Source of the DNA: Acidobacteriota bacterium
GTDB lineage: Bacteria; Acidobacteriota; UBA6911; RPQK01; JAJDTT01
Assembly (NCBI GenBank): GCA_965209055.1
Contig: OZ242374.1
Span: forward strand, 4,896,001-4,960,000
DNA: 64,000 nt
Direction: 5' to 3'
This document shows positions 59,423-64,000 of the stretch, piece after piece. The position numbers and the translations under genes were made by a program. Position 1 is the stretch's first letter. Every line of letters starts with the position of its first letter. The notes under the pieces are model-generated. The model saw only the letters and a list, made by a program, of their open reading frames with translations, searched no databases and was not told the DNA's origin.

Positions 59423-59809
59423 ATGATCACATCATTGGAACATGTGGCTATCGTGGCCGATGACCCTCGAGCGCTGGCCGACTGGTACTGCACGAACCTG
59501 GGGTGCGAGATCGCCGTAGCCGACGAGGCGTACTCCACCTATTTCGTGGCCGTTCCCGGAACCGGAGTCCTGGAGATTCTTCCCTCCAGCGACCGTCCCC
59601 GCTTCGAAGCCGAAGGAGACGACGCCGGCATTCGCCACCTGGCCTTCACTGTCGTCGACTTCGAGGATGCCTGCCGGCACATCAAGGAGCGGGGCATCGA
59701 GCTCCTGCAACCCATCTCCGTGAGCGCCACGGGAACGAAGCTGGCCTTTTTCCCCGATCTCGAAGGCAACATCCTTCAATTCGTCTATCGCCCGAAACCG
59801 TTGAGGTAA
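59423..59809 (+). CDS. VOC/glyoxalase family protein
   Basis: EHVAI, WY...LG, LEI, RHLAF.V.D, FF.D.EGN. Confidence 0.9.
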   Translation: MITSLEHVAIVADDPRALADWYCTNLGCEIAVADEAYSTYFVAVPGTGVLEILPSSDRPRFEAEGDDAGIRHLAFTVVDFEDACRHIKERGIELLQPISVSATGTKLAFFPDLEGNILQFVYRPKPLR

Positions 59810-59844
59810 GGCAAAAACAGCCGCTTGCCCGCAGTGCCTGCGGG

Positions 59845-60753
59845 CTAACCCAGGATCTCCCGGAGAGCAGGTTCCAGATCGGGGAAGCGAAAGCGGTAGC
59901 CACTCTCCTGAATCCGGCCGGGCAGCACCTTCTTGCTGGAGAGCAGCTCGGTGGCAAACCCGCCCAGAACCAGTTTCAGAGCGAACCCGGGAGTCGGCAG
60001 GAACGCGGGACGGGAGAGAACCCTTCCCAGCGCTTTGGCGAAGTCCTTTTGCCGAACGGGGTTCGAGGACGTCGCGTTGAAGGGACCCGAGAGGTTTTTG
60101 TCGGCCAGCACATGCTGAACCATGCCGATCAGATCCTCCCGGTGAATCCAGGACCACCACTGGCGGCCCGAACCCAGGGGGCCTCCCAGTCCCAGCCGCG
60201 CCGGCAGCAGCATGGCGTCCAGGGCGCCTCCGCCCGCCGCCAGGACAACGCCGATTCGGAGATGGACCACGCGGACGCCCGCCACCGACGCGCGAGCACC
60301 CTCTCTCTCCCATTGGCCACAGATTTCGCCCAGGAAGTCACTCGCTGCCGGCATCGACTCCGTCAACTCCGTCTCTCCCTGGTCGCCGTAGTAGCCGATG
60401 GCGCTGGCCGAAACCAGCGTTCGCGGCCGTCCCTCCACCTGCCGCATGGCGTCGACCAGATTCCCGGTGGACCAGACCCGGCTCTCGCGGATGGCCTGCC
60501 GTTTGCGGGCGGTCCAGCGGCCGACGACGCTCTCGCCCGCCAAGTGGATGACGGCGTCCACCTGCTCCAGGCTCTCCAACGGTGGACCCTCCTCCACCGG
60601 CCGCCATGCGAAAACCCGGGAAAGACTGGGGACGGCTTTCCGGGCCGCGTCCGGACGGCGTGACAGCGCCGTCACCCGGCAACCCGACTCGGACAACACT
60701 TCGCAGAGCCTGCGCCCGACGAATCCGGTGGCTCCGGTAACGAGAACTCTCAT
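59845..60753 (-). CDS. TIGR01777/YfcH-family NAD-dependent epimerase
   Basis: VTGATGFVG, HLAGE, RWT, SASAIGYYG, C..WE, LGSG.QW.SWIH. Confidence 0.93.
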   Translation of the reverse strand: MRVLVTGATGFVGRRLCEVLSESGCRVTALSRRPDAARKAVPSLSRVFAWRPVEEGPPLESLEQVDAVIHLAGESVVGRWTARKRQAIRESRVWSTGNLVDAMRQVEGRPRTLVSASAIGYYGDQGETELTESMPAASDFLGEICGQWEREGARASVAGVRVVHLRIGVVLAAGGGALDAMLLPARLGLGGPLGSGRQWWSWIHREDLIGMVQHVLADKNLSGPFNATSSNPVRQKDFAKALGRVLSRPAFLPTPGFALKLVLGGFATELLSSKKVLPGRIQESGYRFRFPDLEPALREILG

Positions 60754-61317
60754 TTGACCTTCTCCTCTCCCGGGGACTCCCCACGGGGCCGGTCGTGAAC
60801 AATCCGAAAGGGGCCTCCACCGGACCCCGGGATCACTCCCTCCGGCTCAGTCTACACCTTGGAATGGACGCGGGTTCCAACTATTGGGAATCCCGGCAGG
60901 GCGGGCATAACAGCCCGTGGCAAAAGTCGTCACGGCATTCGACCGTCCCTGCATCCCGGCGGACTGATTCCAGAAATTCCATAAACTACTTAACTTAAAA
61001 GAGTTACGAATACTTCTCCGACTCTCTTCCCCCCATTATTTCCACCTGATCGAATCGGATGCCATTGGCCCTTCGTGGCCGTAAACGGACGTAACCGTTC
61101 GGTCAGGCCGTGGGGATCGACTTCCTGAGCCGAGCCTGCGGCCTCGCGCTCAATGGGGGCAAGCACCTGACGAAGCGCCACTCTTCCACCTCCAATGGGA
61201 TGGAGGCACAGAGCGGATAATGTGCCCCATGGTGTCAAAACGATGCGGTCGAATCGCGTGCCGTGCAAGGATTTTGCAGCCGACGATCACCTGCCGTTTT
61301 CCTTTCCCAGGGAGGTC

Positions 61318-61470
61318 CTACAGCCGCGAAGAGTGCGTCAAGCCCGACAGCACCTCAAACTCCTCCAACACGGTCCGCCTCGCTTTTTACTGTCTGTCCG
61401 ACGGACAGCCATGTTTCCACAGGGTGTGCTCGACCGGCACACGCAGATGCGCCCGCACATTCTCCGCCAA
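61318..61470 (-). pseudogene. degenerate C-terminal fragment of a type I HsdR (DUF3387-like tail)
   Basis: [41 protein letters not shown] resembles the HsdR tail RENVRA.LR..VKR.LRK.GYPPD.QE.A..TVLEQAE; has an internal stop. Confidence 0.65.
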
Positions 61471-61486
61471 GAGCAGCCGGAGATCG

Positions 61487-61609
61487 ATCTGCTTCCTCAG
61501 TCTTGAGTTTGAGAATGTGGGTTGCTTTGCGCAGAAACAAGTACGGGACCTTCTCGACCCGAACAACCTCCCAGCCCGGTGGACCTTGCTAGTAGGCGAC
61601 AATGGAGTT
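61487..61609 (+). pseudogene. N-terminal fragment of an ABC/AAA-type ATPase
   Basis: FLSLEFENVGCF...WTLLVGDNGV breaks off inside the Walker A motif (GxNGxGKT expected). Confidence 0.55.
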
Positions 61610-61898
61610 GAGAGCCATTGGCCGCCGCTTCAAGCGGCACTCTGGGAGCCGTTTTTGAGGGCGTCCGCAGGGTTGGCTTGGAGCACTGTAAGGTGCCCAA
61701 GCAGCATACCGCAAGTAATACGTTGGGGCTGTCGAGGGGCTCCGCCCCCTCGACCCGGCGGACGCGTCGAGCGGATGCGTCGGTTGCTGGCGAGGTACCG
61801 GACCGTTGTGGTGGTGATGGCGGCGGCGGGGTACTAACGGCTGAAGTTTTTGAGACAGGCCATGTCGATAGCTGGCCCAGCTCGACCGGGAAGGGAGA

Positions 61899-62042
61899 AT
61901 GATGGATCAAGCCATCCACAACGAGATCGTCGCCATCATCCGCAGCATCGATGCCAACCTCGGCTCGCGTTCATATATAATACCGGACAGTCGGACGCTT
62001 TCAGCAGACGCCAAAAAAAGTGAGTCCCCGCGATGGCGATGA
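61899..62042 (+). pseudogene. N-terminal remnant of a type I HsdM
   Basis: GGGAG RBS then MMDQAIHNEIVAIIRSI, resembling HsdM starts MDQA.HN.IVSFIW.IADD; similarity is lost after ~18 aa. Confidence 0.5.
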
Positions 62043-64000
62043 TCACACCCGAACGCGATCTTGAGGAGTCCCTTGTCACGAAGCTACGGGACCTCAAGTA
62101 CGAATATCGCCCCAACATCCGCGATCGAGCAACGCTTGAAGCAAACTTCAGGAAAAAGTTCGAAGCCCTGAATCGTGTCACACTCACCGACGGGGAGTTC
62201 CAGCGACTCCTCGATGAGATCGTCACACCCGATGTGTACGAAGCCGCACGCTCACTCAGGAACCGGGAAGCGTTCATCCGCGACGACGGCACGCCGCTCA
62301 ACTACACCCTCGTCAACATAAGGGACTGGTGCAAAAACCACTTCGAAGTCGTCAATCAGCTCCGCATCAATACGGACAACAGCCATCACCGCTACGACGT
62401 CATGCTCCTGATCAACGGCGTGCCCGTCGTTCAGATCGAACTAAAGACGCTTGGGATCAGCCCCCGGCGGGCGATGGAGCAGATCGTTGACTACAAGAAC
62501 GATCCCGGTAACGGATACACCAAGACGCTTCTCTGCTTCGTCCAACTCTTCATCGTCAGCAACCGCACCGACACGTGGTACTTCGCCAACAACAATGGGC
62601 GCCACTTCGCCTTCGACGCGGACGAGCGGTTCCTTCCGATCTACCAGTGCGCGGCCGAGGACAACACGAAGATCACCCACCTCGACGATTTCGCCGATCG
62701 ATTTCTCGCCAAGTGCACGCTTGGCCAGACGATCAGCAAGTACATGGTCCTCATCGCGAGTGAACAGAAGCTCCTGATGATGCGCCCGTACCAGATCTAC
62801 GCCGTCAAGGCCATCGTCGACTGCATCGACCAGAACTGTGGCAACGGATATATCTGGCACACGACCGGCTCGGGCAAGACGCTCACCTCCTTCAAGGCCG
62901 CGACACTCCTCAAGACCAACGACAGCATCCTGAAGTGCCTGTTCGTCGTCGATCGCAAGGACCTCGACCGCCAGACCCGCGAGGAGTTCAACCGGTTCCA
63001 GGAAAACTGCGTCGAGGAAAACACCAACACCGCAGCACTCGTCCGTCGCCTTCTGTCCGACGACTACGCGGACAAGGTCATCGTCACGACCATCCAAAAG
63101 CTCGGGCTCGCACTGGACGAGAACAGAAAGCACACCAAGCAGAGCATCGCTCGGGGGCGGTTAACGTTCAAGCAACGGCTCGAACAGCTTCGAGACAAAC
63201 GGATGGTCTTCATCTTCGACGAGTGCCACCGCTCGCAATTCGGCGAGAACCACAAGGCCATCAAAGAGTTCTTCCCGAACTCCCAGCTCTTTGGCTTCAC
63301 TGGAACGCCGATCTTTGAGGACAACGCGACCGTCACGCAGATCGAGGGAGATGTCGCCACCCTTCGAACCACCAAGGACCTCTTCCACAAAGAGCTCCAC
63401 GCCTACACCATCACACACGCGATCGAGGATCGGAACGTCCTCCGCTTCCACGTCGATTACTACAAGCCAAAGGACGCCTCCGCCCTCAAGCCGGATCAGA
63501 CCCTCACGAAGCAGGCGGTCGCCCAGGCCATCCTCGACAAGCACGATGCCGCGACCGGAAACCGACGCTTCAACGCGCTGCTGGCCACCGCCTCGATCAA
63601 CGACGCGATCGAGTACTACAGGGTCTTCAAGCAGCTTCAGGCCCAACGCTTGGCCAGCGAACCCGAGTTTGTCCCCCTCAAGGTCGCCGCCGTCTTCTCG
63701 CCGCCAGCGGAAGGAAACAAGGATGTCCAACAGATCCAGGAGGACCTCCCCCAGGAGAAAGAGGACAACCGGCATAACCCCGAGAGCAAGAAGACCGCGC
63801 TCAAGGCCATCATCGCCGACTACAACCAGCAGTACGGCACGAACCACGACATCACTAACTTCGACCTCTATTACCAGGACATCCAGCAGCGCATCAAGGA
63901 CCAGCAGTTCCCTAACCGCGACCTGCCCCGCAAGGGCCAGGAGAAGGTCGACATCACGATCGTCGTGGACATGCTCCTCACCGGCTTCGACGCCAAGTAT
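62033..64000 (+). CDS. hsdR: type I restriction endonuclease subunit R (runs off the right edge)
   Basis: Not in the ORF track. RYDVMLLING.P.VQIELK nuclease motif, MRPYQ, IWHTTGSGKT, VVDRKDLD.QT, TTIQKL, DECHRSQFG, GFTGTP, IVVDMLLTGFDAK. Confidence 0.95.
   Translation, partial: MAMITPERDLEESLVTKLRDLKYEYRPNIRDRATLEANFRKKFEALNRVTLTDGEFQRLLDEIVTPDVYEAARSLRNREAFIRDDGTPLNYTLVNIRDWCKNHFEVVNQLRINTDNSHHRYDVMLLINGVPVVQIELKTLGISPRRAMEQIVDYKNDPGNGYTKTLLCFVQLFIVSNRTDTWYFANNNGRHFAFDADERFLPIYQCAAEDNTKITHLDDFADRFLAKCTLGQTISKYMVLIASEQKLLMMRPYQIYAVKAIVDCIDQNCGNGYIWHTTGSGKTLTSFKAATLLKTNDSILKCLFVVDRKDLDRQTREEFNRFQENCVEENTNTAALVRRLLSDDYADKVIVTTIQKLGLALDENRKHTKQSIARGRLTFKQRLEQLRDKRMVFIFDECHRSQFGENHKAIKEFFPNSQLFGFTGTPIFEDNATVTQIEGDVATLRTTKDLFHKELHAYTITHAIEDRNVLRFHVDYYKPKDASALKPDQTLTKQAVAQAILDKHDAATGNRRFNALLATASINDAIEYYRVFKQLQAQRLASEPEFVPLKVAAVFSPPAEGNKDVQQIQEDLPQEKEDNRHNPESKKTALKAIIADYNQQYGTNHDITNFDLYYQDIQQRIKDQQFPNRDLPRKGQEKVDITIVVDMLLTGFDAKY

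Noticed and set aside
60865-60897. tmRNA 3'-end-like GGACGCGGGTTC
   Set aside because: No proper T-arm or acceptor stem with CCA follows.

Overview
High-GC bacterial chromosome segment. The gene content suggests Acidobacteriota, possibly host-associated; this is inference. The left end is a decayed island downstream of tRNA-Ala(GGC), holding the start of an IS21 istA, a 4-repeat type I-C-like CRISPR array cut by that IS, and an IS1595 pseudogene. The core is mostly metabolic: pdxH, xylB-xylA, proBA, transporters, many carbohydrate-active and oxidoreductase genes, and two apparently identical IS5 copies. The right end is a defence-island edge with type I R-M debris and a running hsdR. The most unusual signals are: (1) three tandem secreted proteins built from single-Cache ligand-binding domains fused to a repeated ~230-aa beta-rich module, with no membrane anchor or signalling output; (2) an unannotated structured RNA with a well-placed sigma54 promoter between pdxH and xylB; (3) an Mre11/SMC-like (YhaO/YhaN-type) pair bracketed by a diverged duplication of the 3' end of an Nramp transporter gene, resembling an integration scar; (4) a lone, compositionally foreign GHKL/MORC-like ATPase. 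All family calls come from motif recognition by eye; no searches were run.
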